Notes: generated by a model not told the origin, from the sequence alone. A stretch of 64,000 nt of DNA from Eledone cirrhosa (GCA_964016885.1 OZ024746.1:21328001-21392000), one strand, 5' to 3'; positions 1 to 19,206 are shown, numbered from the stretch's first letter. Made by a program: numbers and translations.

Positions 1-105
1 TATTATTTCTTCTTCTTCTCTTCTTCTTTTCTTTTTTCTTTTCTTCTTCTTTTCTTTTCCTTCTTCTTCTCTTTTCTTTTCTTTTCTTCTTTTCTCTTCT
101 TCTTC
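1..105. repeat. CT-rich low-complexity tract ((TTC)n-like)
   Basis: Nearly pure pyrimidine TTC/TTTC repeats. Confidence 0.9.
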
Positions 106-794
106 GTCAAAAGAAAGGAGAGATAGTGAGAGAGGGTGTGTGTGATGGAGAGAGAGAGATTTGTAAACAGTTAATCAAAGAAGTGAAACGCTCCTCTATA
201 TTCTTCATGCATGCCGTGGCCTATAGCAGGTATTTTATATTCAAAGAAATGATATAACCACAAAGGATAAATAAATGTTACTTCGTTGTAATGCAACCCC
301 TTTTTTCTTCTTTTCTCTCCCTTTACCAGTAAACATTGATCATATATATGTTTATATATGTATGTATAAATATGTGTGTGTATATGTATATATTTGTATG
401 CCTACATGTGCATCTGTATGTGTATCTATTTATATACTTACATATATATAATTATATGTATAATTTCAAAAAAGTTCACATGACTAAGACTTTAGAATAA
501 AAATTCAAAACAGGACGAAGACAATGAAAAAAACAAAAAAAAACAATGAAAAACAGTCAGACTGTCCCATCTTCTGAGTCAATATCTAGGAAACCATTAT
601 GATTTTGGTTCATTAAGGTTGATACTGTTCATTCCAGGACACATTGGGACAACAAAAAAGGTAGAGACAAGTTGTGTTGAAAGCAATATATGTGCACCCC
701 TTATTTAAAAAAAAAATAAATATATATATACTTATATATATATGTGTGTGTATATACTCATCTATTTATATTTATATACTCTCTCTCTCCCTCT

Positions 795-839
<45 letters not shown>

Positions 840-1164
840 TACACATGTGTGTGTGTGTGTGTGTATTGGTAAATGGGATCTGTGTATATTCCAGTTTGAG
901 TGGAGACTGGACTAACAGATACACTTAATGTTTGATACAAAGAATGATCAGAGGAAGCAGATATATTCATGTTGTTAATCTCCACATTACTAGTGGAAGG
1001 AAGTAAAGATGACGATATGAAATAGTTTCCTTTCACTTACAAGGCAAACGTAACAAGTTTGGAAAAGAAGCTTTTACAACTGAAATTGTAAAAGAAATAA
1101 ATAAAATAGCTGTAGCGTGACTTGGGAATAGTGATGAAATATTTTATGTTTGAATAATGATAAT

Positions 1165-1375
1165 AATTGTTTCTACTTTAGGCACAAGGCCAGCAATCTG
1201 GGGGGAGTTGAAAGTCTATTAAATTGACCCCAGTGTGTTACTGCTACTTTACCCTATTGACCCTGTAAAGGTGAAATGCAAAGCTAACCTTGGCAGGATT
1301 TGAAGTCAGAAAGTAAAGGGCTGTAACTCTATGCCGCGAAGCAAGATATCCAACACTCTTCCAATACTGCCAATC
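1165..1375 (-). mobile_element. tRNA-derived SINE family A, diverged copy
   Basis: Reverse-strand match to the family A copies at 24091 and 56923 (ATAATTGTTTCTACTTTAGGCACAAGGCCAGCAAT ... GGATTTGAAGTCAGA). Confidence 0.8.
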
Positions 1376-1499
1376 TACAAATAATAATAATAACAATCTA
1401 CATTTGACACTAGGCCAGCAATTTGAAGGGAAAGAGAAAGTCGATTAAATTGACTCCTCAAGAGTTTTGACATGACACACTTATGCTTTTCTTATAAAC

Positions 1500-1960
1500 A
1501 ACAATATTTTTCCTGATGAACAAAAAGGATGTAAATAAATTGATCCCTGAGGATTGTTACAACAGGCTCTATAATCTCTCAATGCCATGGATATATTATT
1601 AAAAAATAACCTTTGATAGCATTTCTTGATTGAAGATTGTCTTGATTAATTCAAAACCCCACCTGTAATCAGGAATTTTTATCACATGTGAAGAAGCTTT
1701 GGATGATAACAAATTCTTAACACAGACTTCACCACCATCATCAATTCTGGAAGAGATGTCAATATCAAACAAGGGATCTTTCAAGGAGATGCACTATTCC
1801 CTTGGCACTGATTCCTCTCAGCAAATTACTGAATAAAATTGACTATAGATATAAGACTTATGAAACTTTTTGCAAAAACAAAAAGACAATCTGTAACTAC
1901 AAGAACTCCTTAAGATTGTAAAACACTTCAGTGATGACATCAGAATAGAATTCAGCTTTT
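1500..1960 (+). pseudogene. Decayed non-LTR retrotransposon RT fragment, R4/Dong-like
   Basis: Broken frames give PDEQKGC, TFDSIS, KQGIFQGDAL, LALIPLS and FSDDIRIEF, motifs typical of R4/Dong-type RT. Stops and frameshifts present. Confidence 0.65.
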
Positions 1961-2369
1961 TAACAAATGAAACTTTTCAAGAAACCCAAATCTTAAATGA
2001 ATGCAACAGTTATTTATTAGAACATTTTTCAAAATTCAATTGTTTTTTAAGATGAAAGACAGTAGCAAAACCGTAAAGAATTCACAGAAAACATTAGCAT
2101 TTCAAAGAAATTGAATTTTACACATGGAGGCATGAATTCCATAAATATGAACACATGCTGGTTTTGGATAATCATTGTAGACAAAACTGGAAAATAAAAA
2201 TTAAGACTATTCCTATCCCTGCATCACTTCCTATCTAACAGTTATTTCTTATGTCTATGTACAAAGAAGTTCTGCCATGTAAAAACGTCAAAAACAATGT
2301 TGGTCAGAATTTGAATTCTTATAATGTACCTAAAGAAAAGTCAATATAGTCAGTGCAATAATGTTAATA

Positions 2370-3410
2370 AGGGTTTCTAATTTAGGCATGAGGCCAGCAA
2401 TTAAATCATCCACCACTCCAGGACTTGATTGGTGCTTTATTTTATGGACCCCAGAAGGATGAAAGTCAAAGTTGACTAAACCAGGATTTGAATTTATAAT
2501 GTAAAGACCCAAAGCGGAATACCTCAAAGCATTTTACTAATGCTTTCACAACTCTGACAATTCACTGTTAAAATAATGCTTTCTAAGATTATTGATTTAT
2601 AATTTAAGCAGAAGGCCAGCGAATTTGAAGGGGAAGGGAAAGTGGATTATAACAACACCAGTACTTAATTTTATGGACACAAGAGTGACGAAAGGCAAAG
2701 TATGATTTGAACTCAGAATTTAAAAAGCAAGAATAAATACTGCGATGGCATTTTATCTGATGCCCCACCATAATAAGGATTTCTAATTTATTATTACAAA
2801 TTATCATTATTATTATTAGGGCAATAGATTGGTAAGGGCATCAGACAATAATATGACCATTTATGTTCTGAGTTCAAATCCTGCGAAAATTAGCTTAGCT
2901 GTTCATCCTTATGGAGTCAATAAAATAAAGTACTAGTAAGGGATTGGAGTCAATTCAATTAACTAACCTCTTACCTGAAATGGCTGGTCTTGTGCCTAGA
3001 TCAGAAACCATTAATATTAGGATGGTGGAATGCCAGGATTGTTGGAATATTAATACCTCATGGTATTTCTTCTGGTTCTTTATATTCTGATTTTAAATTC
3101 TACCAAGGTCAACTTCACCTTTTATACTTCCAAGGTTAATAAAATAAAGCAAAGGTCAAATACTGGGATCAGTTTAATTGCGTTTCTCCTTCCCTTAAAT
3201 TTTTGGCCTTGTGCATAAATTAACTGGAGTCGATTCTCCCTCTATATCTCTTTCTCACTTCCTTTCTCTCACTCTCTCTCTGGAAAAGATCTGCTGTATT
3301 CAGACTTGGAGAGGAGATGGGCATTGTCAAGTTTTAAAAAATGCCATAGAAACGCTGTATTTTGATATGACGCCCCCTACTGCTCCATCAAGAGTTACAG
3401 CACCATACAT
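2370..3410. mobile_element. Cluster of four diverged family A SINEs (two minus, two plus), the last followed by a 3' extension
   Basis: Repeated AAAATAAAG-ACCA, CAAAGT-GA and GAGTTCAAAT-like motifs at ~2370-2570 (-), 2590-2770 (-), 2818-3015 (+) and 3020-3410 (+). Confidence 0.7.
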
Positions 3411-3489
3411 ACATGAGTTTTTATCAAAATAAGCTTTTAATCTAAAAATAATATTCATCTTATTATTATTCTCATCCCTGTCATTATGA

Positions 3490-3830
3490 TGTTGTCTTTG
3501 GTACCTTTCTGCTCACTGGGCAAGTTGCACTTCTGAAAGAGCACAACTATTCTTTGTCTGTTTTCTCTAGGCACTGCAGTTGACAGTCAAGTCATGTCAT
3601 GTCATGTAGAGAGGTTGAAGCCAAAGGCGTTCAGATCCCCTCTAATGAAGTCTTTTTAGCACTTCCTTGGCTGGCCTATACTCCTCTTGCCACTTGCCTA
3701 TTCCTAAAATAGATGTTGCTTTGGAATGTGACTATTTTCCATTTGGCATACATGATCCAGCAATGTGAGCCAGTTGTTCCAGATCATTGTTTCAAATAAG
3801 TTGTCTTTGCATGGCATAGAATCTAAAGAT
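3490..3830 (-). pseudogene. Decayed RTE-like LINE C-terminal fragment
   Basis: Minus strand gives GKRSIGQPRKC*KDFIRGDL, resembling the RTE GxRxxGRPRK motif. Confidence 0.5.
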
Positions 3831-5072
3831 CATATCTTTCTTTCTAAATTCAAAGGTTTTGTAAGAATTGCAATTAATTTTGCTGAAGTCAATTTCCCAT
3901 GAGACCAAAAATCACTTAATTATATTTCTAATGTTTATCAATTCCTAATGCTTTCATTTCATTACACATTAGACATTTTCCCTCTTCTTGTTGAAATTTT
4001 TCTTTCATGACTGAGATATATTATTGTTGCAACAATTTATTTTGTTACCAAAAACTACTGATTTATCTCCAGTGTGTTGTTATGCCAACTTATATAAGAT
4101 ACAAACAAAGTGTAGGAATTAATTCTATGTAAAAATACATATTTGACCTTGCTATAAAATAATTTCAAATTTATAACATCTGTAGGAATAAGCAATGGAA
4201 TAATTTTTTGGCCTAATTGGTTCTCATTCAGGTTCAGGACCATGGGTTCTCTTTCAGTCAAATTATTCATATATTAGATCCCAAGCCAGGTGATGTGTTG
4301 TGTCCTTGAGCAACACACTTTATTTCACGTTGCTTCTTCTGCCAGGAGTTGACAGGTAGATAGTATCAGCAATTGGAAAGACCAGTGGAAACATTGTTTC
4401 CTTGGTCTGATCTGACAAGTTCCACCTCACTCGATAAGTAAATGAGGTCTGGGATCTTGTTGATTCAGTTCAATAAAAAAAAATTTTTTAATCAATAGAT
4501 ATCCTAATTACGTCATCACAAATTGATTGCAACAATTTCATATTTACAACTCTACCCTAGCAATGAAACAAAAATTTGATAAAATTAGGAAAAGCATATT
4601 CATCAATTTCAATTTAACATAATTTTTCTGATTGTTGCAATTGTTTTGTTTTATTCAGAGAAGATAAAAAAAGTAACCTAGTTTATACTTTATTTGTATG
4701 GATGATTAACAATATTATTAAATAAGAAATAAGATTAATATAGATTATTTGAGATTAGCCTGTAAGGTGTTTAAATACGTCTAAATAATGAAAGGATTGC
4801 CTTAGTTTTTTAGAACCATTGTGAAATAATAGCGAGTTGAACGAGATATAGTGTAGTATTTAGCTAGGTAATTCATAATTCCTGTTAAATATAGACGTTG
4901 CTCTTTTCTTTGAAATAGTCACTCAAATTACCAATAATATACTAAACTTCTTTTATTCAACTATGAAATCCTTCACTTCAATATTAGCATTTTTATTTTA
5001 GTCAAAATCTATGCAGGCAACCCATACCATCATGGTCAGTTTTTATTACCAAAATTATAATTATTACTATTT

Positions 5073-5577
5073 AGGTGGTGGTTTGGCAAAAGTGGTAGAG
5101 TGACGGACAACATGCTATGTGGCATATAGTTATATCCCTTTACATTCTGATTTCATATTCCACTGAGGTTAGCTTTGCCTTTCACCCTTACTGGGTCAAT
5201 AGAATAAAGTACCAGTAATACACAGAAGTTGATCTAATCCACTTTCTCCTCTCCCTAAAATGATTGGCCTTGTGCCTCAATCAGAAACCATTATTATTTA
5301 TGAACCACTGCCTTGCATATCTGATCATCGACTGGCTTTTGCTGGCTATGTCACTTAGTAATACTCAAATAAATGCCATTCTTTTTATTCAATCTAAAAT
5401 ATATGAAACTGTTTAATTCATGAATTGGCAGTATCGGTAGAGGGTTGGATGCCATGCTTTGAAGCATAATCCTGCCGAGGTTAGCTTTGCCTTTCATCCT
5501 TACGGGGTCGATAAAACAAAGTACCACTAATGCACTGAGTAATTGCTGGCCTTGAGCCAAAAGTAGAAACAATTATT
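5073..5577 (+). mobile_element. Two family A SINE copies (5073-5295; 5424-5577)
   Basis: GAGGTTAGCTTTGCCTTTCA(T/C)CCTTAC..GGGTC and GGCCTTG.GCC..AGAAAC cores. Confidence 0.85.
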
Positions 5578-7122
5578 ATATCTGATGTGAATCATCATTG
5601 ACTGGCTTTCACTGGCCATGTCACTTAGTAATACTCAAATAAATGCCATTCTTTTTATTCAATCTAAAATATATGAAACTCTTTAATTCCTTTTTCTGAT
5701 ATTGAGAAAAAACTTCATTAAACACATTTCAGAGTGCAGACAAATCTATCCTCATGTCACGTGGTGACTGAAGCACAACTAGCTTTTCTCTAATTGTTTC
5801 ATATATAATCCATGAACTATTGACATTACAAGTTATATTGAAGAGATTTACAGTTGTAAATAACAAGAATTCATTAGTAAGTTATTATAATCGTGATATT
5901 TCACATAAAAATAGAATTCATGCAGCTTTATAAATGTAACACAAAAATATACAATCAAAGTGAAAAGAAAAACATCAATTCAACACTAAGTGCGTCAATC
6001 AGTCGCACACTACAAGGAACATTCAAACCTCCCTCTAATACATTTTAAGGCAAGCCATCATGCTCATAATGTTACAGCAAGTCACAGTGGGATTAAAGTG
6101 CTAAACAACCTAGTACCCTAATGGACATCAAAATTAAACAAAATAGTAATGGTCAATGTCTACCAGTGAAAAATAAGACAAATCATAAAATTGAATTGGT
6201 TTTTGATGCCAGTAAATATAATTTGAATGTGTAGGGAAAACATTTCTAACATTCTTCAGTTATATTTATATGTATAACCTAAGGATGTTAGAAATACACT
6301 TATCTCCATTGTCCCCACCCAGACATGCCCAGCACAAATTTTAATAATTTATCAGCTTTCTGAGGACACACAAACTTACTGAATTTTACAAATAATGTTT
6401 ACAAATAGTTTTCCTTCTGACTCATAATTCCCACATGTGACAAAACAATAATAAAATATTTTTTCTCTGATTAAAGTATATCTGCCAACAAAAGCATAAG
6501 TGCCAACAAAATAACAAAGAATTCAATAATGGTTATTAATAAGATGTAACTGTTGGGCAATAAACATTTTAAGCTTGGTTCTCTTCATACATTTTGACTA
6601 GGGAAATAAATATGTTAGTTTCTTATATTAATATTTTAAAATGTTTGTTCTGGAATCCTATACAAACATTAGGACTTATGTTTTGGGAATGTTAAATTGA
6701 TTCTCTTAAAAATCAAACACCAGGCAATTCTGCACACAGATTCAGTTTGTTACATTATTTTGAAGTTCTACAATTTATTTAGTTTGTTGAAAACTTCATA
6801 TATATAAAATATATTTAGGACAAGTGATCCTCTCAAATCTCAAATCTATTATCATTGGGAAACTATAAGCAAGCAAATCCAAGCCATGAAAGCTTTTGTC
6901 AAGTGTACTATGTTTCTAATTGTTGCAGGAGATAACTGTACCAGTAGTTATTTAAAACTCTGTAGCTATGGCTGGTCAATGGTGTTTTAGCTAGCTACAG
7001 GCAATATGAAATACTGATTGCAGAATAAAAACTTCTGACTAGTAATCTAGAAACCTATTGATTCTATTGTCCAGTTATACCTATTGTTTTGCTATAGACA
7101 GATTTCTGTAAACACATACATA

Positions 7123-7175
<53 letters not shown>

Positions 7176-7199
7176 TCATCATTTAATGTCTATTTACCA

Positions 7200-7248
<49 letters not shown>

Positions 7249-9808
7249 GGAGTTATCCAAGATGATTGTGGGGTTGTATATGCCTGCCATTCTCTCAATT
7301 GAAGCAACTTATTATAGATTATGACATGTTACTTTTTTTTTTTTTTTTTTTTCTGCTCACAGCACTCAGAGTTCCAATCTTGCTGTGGTCAATCATGCCT
7401 TCCATTTTGGTGGGTGGATGGGTGGGGATGGGGTCAATAATGCAAAGAATCAGCCTAATGTGGTGGATTAGTGAAATTGGTAGAGAATTGAATGAGATTC
7501 ACTATGGTTATCTTTATGTAATATTTTGTAAAAGAAGAAAACAATATCAATAAAAACCAGAATAATAACAGTAAAATATGATTGGTAACATATGTCTGCG
7601 ATTTCATATTAGCTGCAAATTTATTAATATATTATTTCTTTACACCATAATATGATTCTTGTCTATAGCTATTTTTACAATAATTATAAATTAAAACAGC
7701 CATTTACTGTCAATTTATAGCCATAGATGCCCAACTAATTCACAGTGAACACAATTCCTCATGTCAATTTACTATTAGCAATGTTTAGAATTAAATAGAT
7801 ATTAGTTATGTCTACATCATACTTTCTTCCTCTTAATCATGCAAAATTATCTTTTGTACATGTTTTAGAATAAACTTTTAAGCTAGTTTTCATTACTAGA
7901 AGCTATTAGTAGTAGGTTGATGTCAGAATTGTTAGAGTACTGAACAAAATGCTCTACAGAATTTAGTTAAGTTCAACTATTTTAACTATTTTCTGAGTTA
8001 AAATCCAACAATCATCAATAAGTATCACTCTTTCAAAGATTTGTGGTCTTATGCCAAAGTTAGAAATTCTTATTTAGACTTATTAAAGATATAAAAGTGT
8101 AGGCGTCACCTTGTGGTCAAGGAGTTTGCTTCCAAACTTGGTTCTGGGTTTAAAGCCACCCATTACATACCATCTTAAAATGTGTCCTTGAACATAATAG
8201 TTGGCCAATCCAAGCCTTCTGTTGGAAATTGTGAAGGTGTTAACTATGAGGTGACTCATCCATTTGCCCACCTGATATAAAATCATTAAGGAGACTAAGA
8301 TAGAGGACAACTTGATTTAAGGTTTTATGGTGTTTTACCCCTCTTAGTTGTAATATCAAATCCTGCTGAAATTGATTTCAGCTTTCGACCCACACGTATC
8401 AGCAAATATCTTTGATGTTGATACCTAAATAAGAAATAACTATTGATTTATACATAATACAGGTACAAGAACAAACATGTTTTGGCAACAGAGGTATAGT
8501 CGATTACATTGACAACAGTACATGCATGATATCTATTTTATCGACCTGAGAAAGATGAAAGACAAAGTTGACTTGGAGAGGGAGAATTTGAACTCAGTGT
8601 ATAAAAAAGCATAACTAATTATCCATTGCTATACCTATTATTCCAATTCACCAGAATTGGTATTGTAACGGATAGTGCAATTTAATTTCAAAGCATTGGT
8701 TGAAACGTTTCCATTTTTTATTGTCCATCGTTGTTTATATCAGATATTGCTTATTCTATTTTCATAAGACACCTACCACATTACACATCCATGAGGTTTA
8801 TGATTTATCTTATCTTTCAATTCATGTGTTTGTTTTAATATCTTCATTTTTTCTTCCCCCAAATTATTTTTCTATTTCTTATGTAACAGTATTAGTTGTA
8901 TAAGACACTTCTAAAACGTTCCTTCCTATTCTTTTCTTTCTGAAATCAATTTATCATCAAAGGCGTATAACATGCATTTTGCCTTCAAGATTGACCATTC
9001 CTTCTTGTTTGGATGCTCTATGCACAATAACTTGAAAAGATTAGAATTCAATATAAAAACCTAATAATCATTATTACAAAGATTAAAAAAAAAAAAATTA
9101 GAAAATAAGAAATGATTTTTAGTGTGCTAAGAAAAAAACTAAAATACTGAGCTGTGAATATCTTTCATGATGTTTAAGGCTGTTTTATATTCTTATGCAA
9201 TAGTATATATAAACTTCAATAATATTTGTCAATTCCCTGTGTGGTGCAGAATCACTATTCAATCATTATTTCTATTCTCACCTGCTCTGCTACCACATAA
9301 AACAAATTTAATGTCTTATCCACTACATAACAGAATAACTGCAGTTTGATGTGAATGCAGGCTTTTTCAACCAAAGGGAAAACACTTTTTTACACTCAGC
9401 TGTTGCGATTTCTCATGTTATGTTCAATGTATTCAAATACATACCCATATGTACACACAGGCACACACTAATATATTGGTTTGGTCGATGTAGATTCTGA
9501 CACTGCAAATAATAATAGTTTTTATTATACAGAAACTGTGTAATGTTACAGGTTCAGCCTGATAACATCTGTCTTCCTCATGCTAGTAAATGGTATAGGG
9601 TGGTGGTTGGTATATAAGGGTAAAAAATATGGATGAAGTTTAAGATCTAGGATAGGCATTTAGTTTATAATTGGCTTCGATTTTCTGAGAATATTTTTAT
9701 TGGATTGGACCAGTATGGTCTTATTTTGTGGATAACATTGGGTTTGTTCTAGATGTATTCATGTTCAGGTTTGAGTATTTAACAGTCTTATTTATGTATG
9801 CATATATA

Positions 9809-10060
9809 TATTGTGATACTTTGGGAGGGTCATGCTGCCAATAAAAAATATACACACCTGTTGGGTTTCACTTCAATTTATTATTATAATTTCCCAGTCG
9901 GTTAGTTTAGTAACTGGACGATTGTTTAGTTGTTAATTATCAAAGCTCATTTGTTACACATTCTGTGACTGACTGGTAAATTATAATAATGAATTGAAGT
10001 GAAACCCAACATGTGTGTGTTTTTTTATTGGCAGCATAACCCTTCCAAAGTATAACAATA
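9809..10060. mobile_element. MITE with ~90-bp terminal inverted repeats
   Basis: TATTGTGATACTTTGGGAGGGTCATGCTGCCAATAAAAAA...GTTGGGTTTCACTTCAATT is mirrored by AATTGAAGTGAAACCCAAC...TTTTTTATTGGCAGCATAACCCTTCCAAAGTATAACAATA. Confidence 0.85.
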
Positions 10061-10138
10061 TCTGTTTTAACATATGTTTTCAGATAAAAAGAAATCTTCC
10101 AAAACAAATACAAAAAGAATATATATAATGTGTGTAAA

Positions 10139-10465
10139 CTGAGTAAACTGGAGCAATGTGAAATAAAGTGTTTTGCTCAAGGAAACAACACAGACCGGGT
10201 GATGTGTTGTTTCCTTGAGCAAGACACTTTATTTCACATTGCTCCAGTTTACTCAGCTGTAGAAATGTGATGATAGGGACTGGGCTCCCTATCATTCCAC
10301 TGCAAAGTGGTCGTGGAGGTGCCACGGCAAAAAAGCACCCAGGACTCACTGTAAATGAGGTTGGTGTTAGGAAGGGCACCCAGCTGTAGAAATCAAGCCA
10401 GAATCAGTTCCCATCCCACCCTTGTAAGCAGGGAAAAGCAACGTAAAATGATGATGATGATGATG
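10139..10465 (+). mobile_element. Family B SINE, head missing, with an inverted 5' duplication
   Basis: Matches 13768-14106 from CAGACCGGGTGATG onward, ends in an (ATG)n tail. 10139-10192 is the reverse complement of 10203-10256. Confidence 0.9.
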
Positions 10466-12123
10466 TGTAATCTTAAAGCTTTTAAGTCTTCTAAAACTGG
10501 TGTTTAGCTACAGAATTCATAGCTTTAAGAAATAAATTTTTCTTTAGACAATGAGAATATATCACTCCATATTGGATTATAATATTTACTAGAAACCATG
10601 TAAAGTTAGACACATCTGAATGAAGTGTATAGGACAGTAACAGAAAGAAGTAGATTTCTACATCTAATTTAAACTAAATACTAAAATACTATTTGATGTA
10701 GCCATGCAAGACATTTTAGACTACATAATATGAATAATGTATTTCACCTCTCATGAAAAGTAAATTGTAGTTTACATACCTCTAATTATGATATATTACT
10801 AGTGTATTTTGAGAAACATCTTGTATTTTTTATATATAAATTTATCAGGACATGGAGAGTAATGAATTTAAATTAATTCTTCAACATGAGTAACATTTCT
10901 GTTATCAACATTGTAGAAGATGAGATAAGAATGAAAATAATTATATATTATCAAAGGTATAATAAATTCAACATGATTATTTGTCACGGTCAGTGCACAT
11001 CAAATGTAAAACATTATGAATTTGAATTTCAATGATGTATGACTAATTTTTAAAATTTAATCTTTGTTACGGGAAACCTCATTTTATATTCTTATTTTAT
11101 AGGTGACTAAAAGATAAAAGCAAAAAAAAAAATATTATTGCAATAACCATAAAGCCAACATTTTTATGAGAATTTTCTTTTATATATAAATGTATATTAC
11201 CAAAACCATTTTTACTTGAAATTATTAAGAACTGTAAGTGAGTGAATATATATTAAATGGACTTATTTTATTACACAATAGCTAAGTTGACAAGTGTTCA
11301 GATTTTTGGGGAAGGGTTGAATGGCTTGTAAAACCTTCACTGGTGCCATGTGATGTTCAATGACAAGACACTTACTTAACATTCTATGACACAGTCACTC
11401 TCTATCCCTGTTTACTTTCCAAATGTTAAGTGGGTGATACTTCTTGTAGATAGCATTTCTACATAATTTGGTAACTATTTTCAATTAGAAAATAACCAAA
11501 AGAAATTCTTGTAATGAAATTGAAGTCAAGATCAATAAATGAATTTGTAATTGAATACAATACCCGCTCAACCATTTTACCTATTGTGGATCATGTTGTA
11601 CGACAATTAATAAAAAAAATAACATTTAGTATAGATAGAGCTGAAGACTGTGATATGTAATCAATTAGTGATGTGTTACTTTGTGTTAAAATCAAGTTAA
11701 CTCCTATGGACATAAACCATGATGATGATGATGCTCCACTTCAATACACATCACTACATAAAATTGGACTTGGTATGATTGAATGAATTTTATTGCATTA
11801 AGTAGATAAAATGTCAAGTTCATTCATATTATGATTTGATATCAGAATAGTGCAATAGCATACAAGTTACAGCTAGACATGCTGTCTAGTAATCTGATGC
11901 CTTGTCTATATGTATAGTATTGTAGTTAAACAGCACTTATATCAATAATGATTTCTTACATTAGCACAGAGTACAAAACAAAATATCCATGTAATTTATA
12001 CTCTATCATTTATACCACTCTAGTATTTTCAGAATATTAAAATAAAAGCCTACTAAAACGATATACTTATTTTAAAAGCTCTCCTAATCTATTACTGTGT
12101 CAGTGTCAAATATTTTGTCATCA

Positions 12124-12293
12124 TACAAGGGCTAGCTGAAAAGTTCATAGGTTGACCAAGATACTCTCATGGAAAATGACTGGAAAAAAACAATGCAGTT
12201 ATTAAGAAAAATTGAAATTATGCATACAAGATTTTATATTTGTAGTTTCACGTTTTCGTAGTCAGCCTATGAACTTTTCAGCCAGTTTTTGTA
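12124..12293. mobile_element. Tc1/mariner-type MITE
   Basis: TA|CAAGGGCTAGCTGAAAAGTTCATAGGTTGAC ... GTCAGCCTATGAACTTTTCAGCCAGTTTTTG|TA: ~30-bp imperfect TIRs with TA on both sides. Confidence 0.8.
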
Positions 12294-13403
12294 TATTGTG
12301 TCTGTGGACAAGTCAGTCTGATGTAGTACATACAGCTCACATTCTATGTGTTGTTGATGTGTAAATTCAAGTTGGTGTGAATAAGCAAATATATAGTATG
12401 TAGGTTATCAAAATATGCCATTGATCTTAAGATAAATAAAGGGGTTCAGGCATATTCAGTCTCTACTTAACAGATGGCCATACTGCATATTGTAAATGTT
12501 TTTAGTATAGATGGAGATCATAATCAGAGATATATGGAAATAGGTAAGGCAAAAGTAGTTTATTTAGGAACTGAACTTGTTTCAGAGACCCAGTTCACAC
12601 TAAATTTTGCAACTACTTTTTGTCACTAGCAGATAAAATATATAAAAATAAAATCAAGTCACACACAACATAACGCATTCCTTTCTTGGTTGTTGTTTTT
12701 TTTTTCTTACACTCTGTAAGAAAGGTAGGCAATATTGGCATCTTACTGTTGCAATTTCATGAATATATTTATATTTATTATGTTTTCTTTTACAATACTT
12801 CATTCATTTATGATTTTATTTTATTTTCGGTATTATTTATATATTTTTCATTACCTGTATCAGTTAGGAACACTTCGCAACTGACTCCTTTCTGCCTCAC
12901 ACACACATTAAAGCATACACCATTACAGATACACTAACATACATTACAACAACGCCATCACATTTTACTCAGGAGAAGTTGAATCAATAGACACATCTTA
13001 TTTCTTCAGGTAACTTCACAGTCAATTTACTCGAAACCTGATGCATAAAATTGTTTGGAATCGAACGAGAGGATGTACACAAAGTAAGAATGAGTGAGGA
13101 AGAGAGACAAGGAGAGACAAAAATAAAAAGTGAGAGAGTGAGTAAGTGAAGGAGAGAAAAAGAAATGTAAAACAGTGAGAATAATAAAACAAAAACAAGA
13201 AATACTAAACATAAGAGACTATATAAAACGTGGAAGAATGATATGAGCAATTGTGAATAACATAATTGAGATTTTTTTAAAGAAACAAAGGGGAATTATG
13301 TACATGGGTACCATGTGTGTGTGTGTGTGTGTGCCTGCATGTATATTTATATATGTGTATATATGTGTATGTTTACATGTATGTGTATATATACATATAT
13401 GTA

Positions 13404-13438
<35 letters not shown>

Positions 13439-13479
13439 AGATAGGTAAATATACACGGGTGTGTATGATTGTGTATAAA

Positions 13480-13712
13480 AGCTTCACGGCACACGCATTG
13501 CTTTATATCTGGAGATCTCTGCACTTGTCGTCACATGGTACCATGGGCCCAGCACTATGTGTCAATAATTGTCACAAGTGTAGTGTTTGTACCAGAGTTT
13601 TCAAGTCGCTGGCTGGACTAAAAAGTCACACTCGTTCAGCGCATCGGTAGTAGTTCTCCTACATGGATATAAAGTAGTGGCCGTACTCGAAAACGAGTTG
13701 TCAACCACCATA
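13480..13712 (+). pseudogene. 3' end of an RTE-type LINE with a C-terminal C2H2 finger
   Basis: Translation HKCSVCTRVFKSLAGLKSHTRSAHR* followed by a short 3' UTR. Confidence 0.6.
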
Positions 13713-13767
13713 TGTCTATATATTTATATATGTGTATATATATGTGTGTATATATATATATATATAT

Positions 13768-14106
13768 GGAGGCACATGGCTTAGTGGTTAGAGCATTGGC
13801 CTTACAATCGAAAGGTTGTGAGTTCAATTCTCAGACCGGGTGATGTGTTGTTTCCTTGAGCAAGACACTTTATTTCACATTGCTCCAGTTTACTCAGCTG
13901 TAGTAATGAGATGATAGGGACTGGGGTCCATATCATTCCACTGCAAAGTGGTCGTGGAGGTGCCATGGCAAAAAAGCACCCAGCACTTACTGTAAATGAG
14001 GTTGGTGTTAGGAAGGGCATCCAGCTGTAGAAATCAAGCCAGAATCAGTTGCAGTCCCACCCTTGCAAGCAGGGACTGCGGACGTAAAATGAAATGAAAA
14101 ATGATG
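13768..14106 (+). mobile_element. Full-length tRNA-derived SINE family B
   Basis: A box TGGCTTAGTGG, B box-like GAGTTCAATTC, central TCCTTGAGCAAGACACTT domain, 3' AGGAAGGGCATCCAGCTGTAGAAA...GGACGTAAAATGA tail. Near-identical copy at 34912. Confidence 0.9.

Positions 14107-19206
<5,100 letters not shown>

Noticed and set aside
13768-13845. tRNA gene
   Set aside because: It is a SINE head with A/B boxes but no closed acceptor stem, and it continues into the SINE body.
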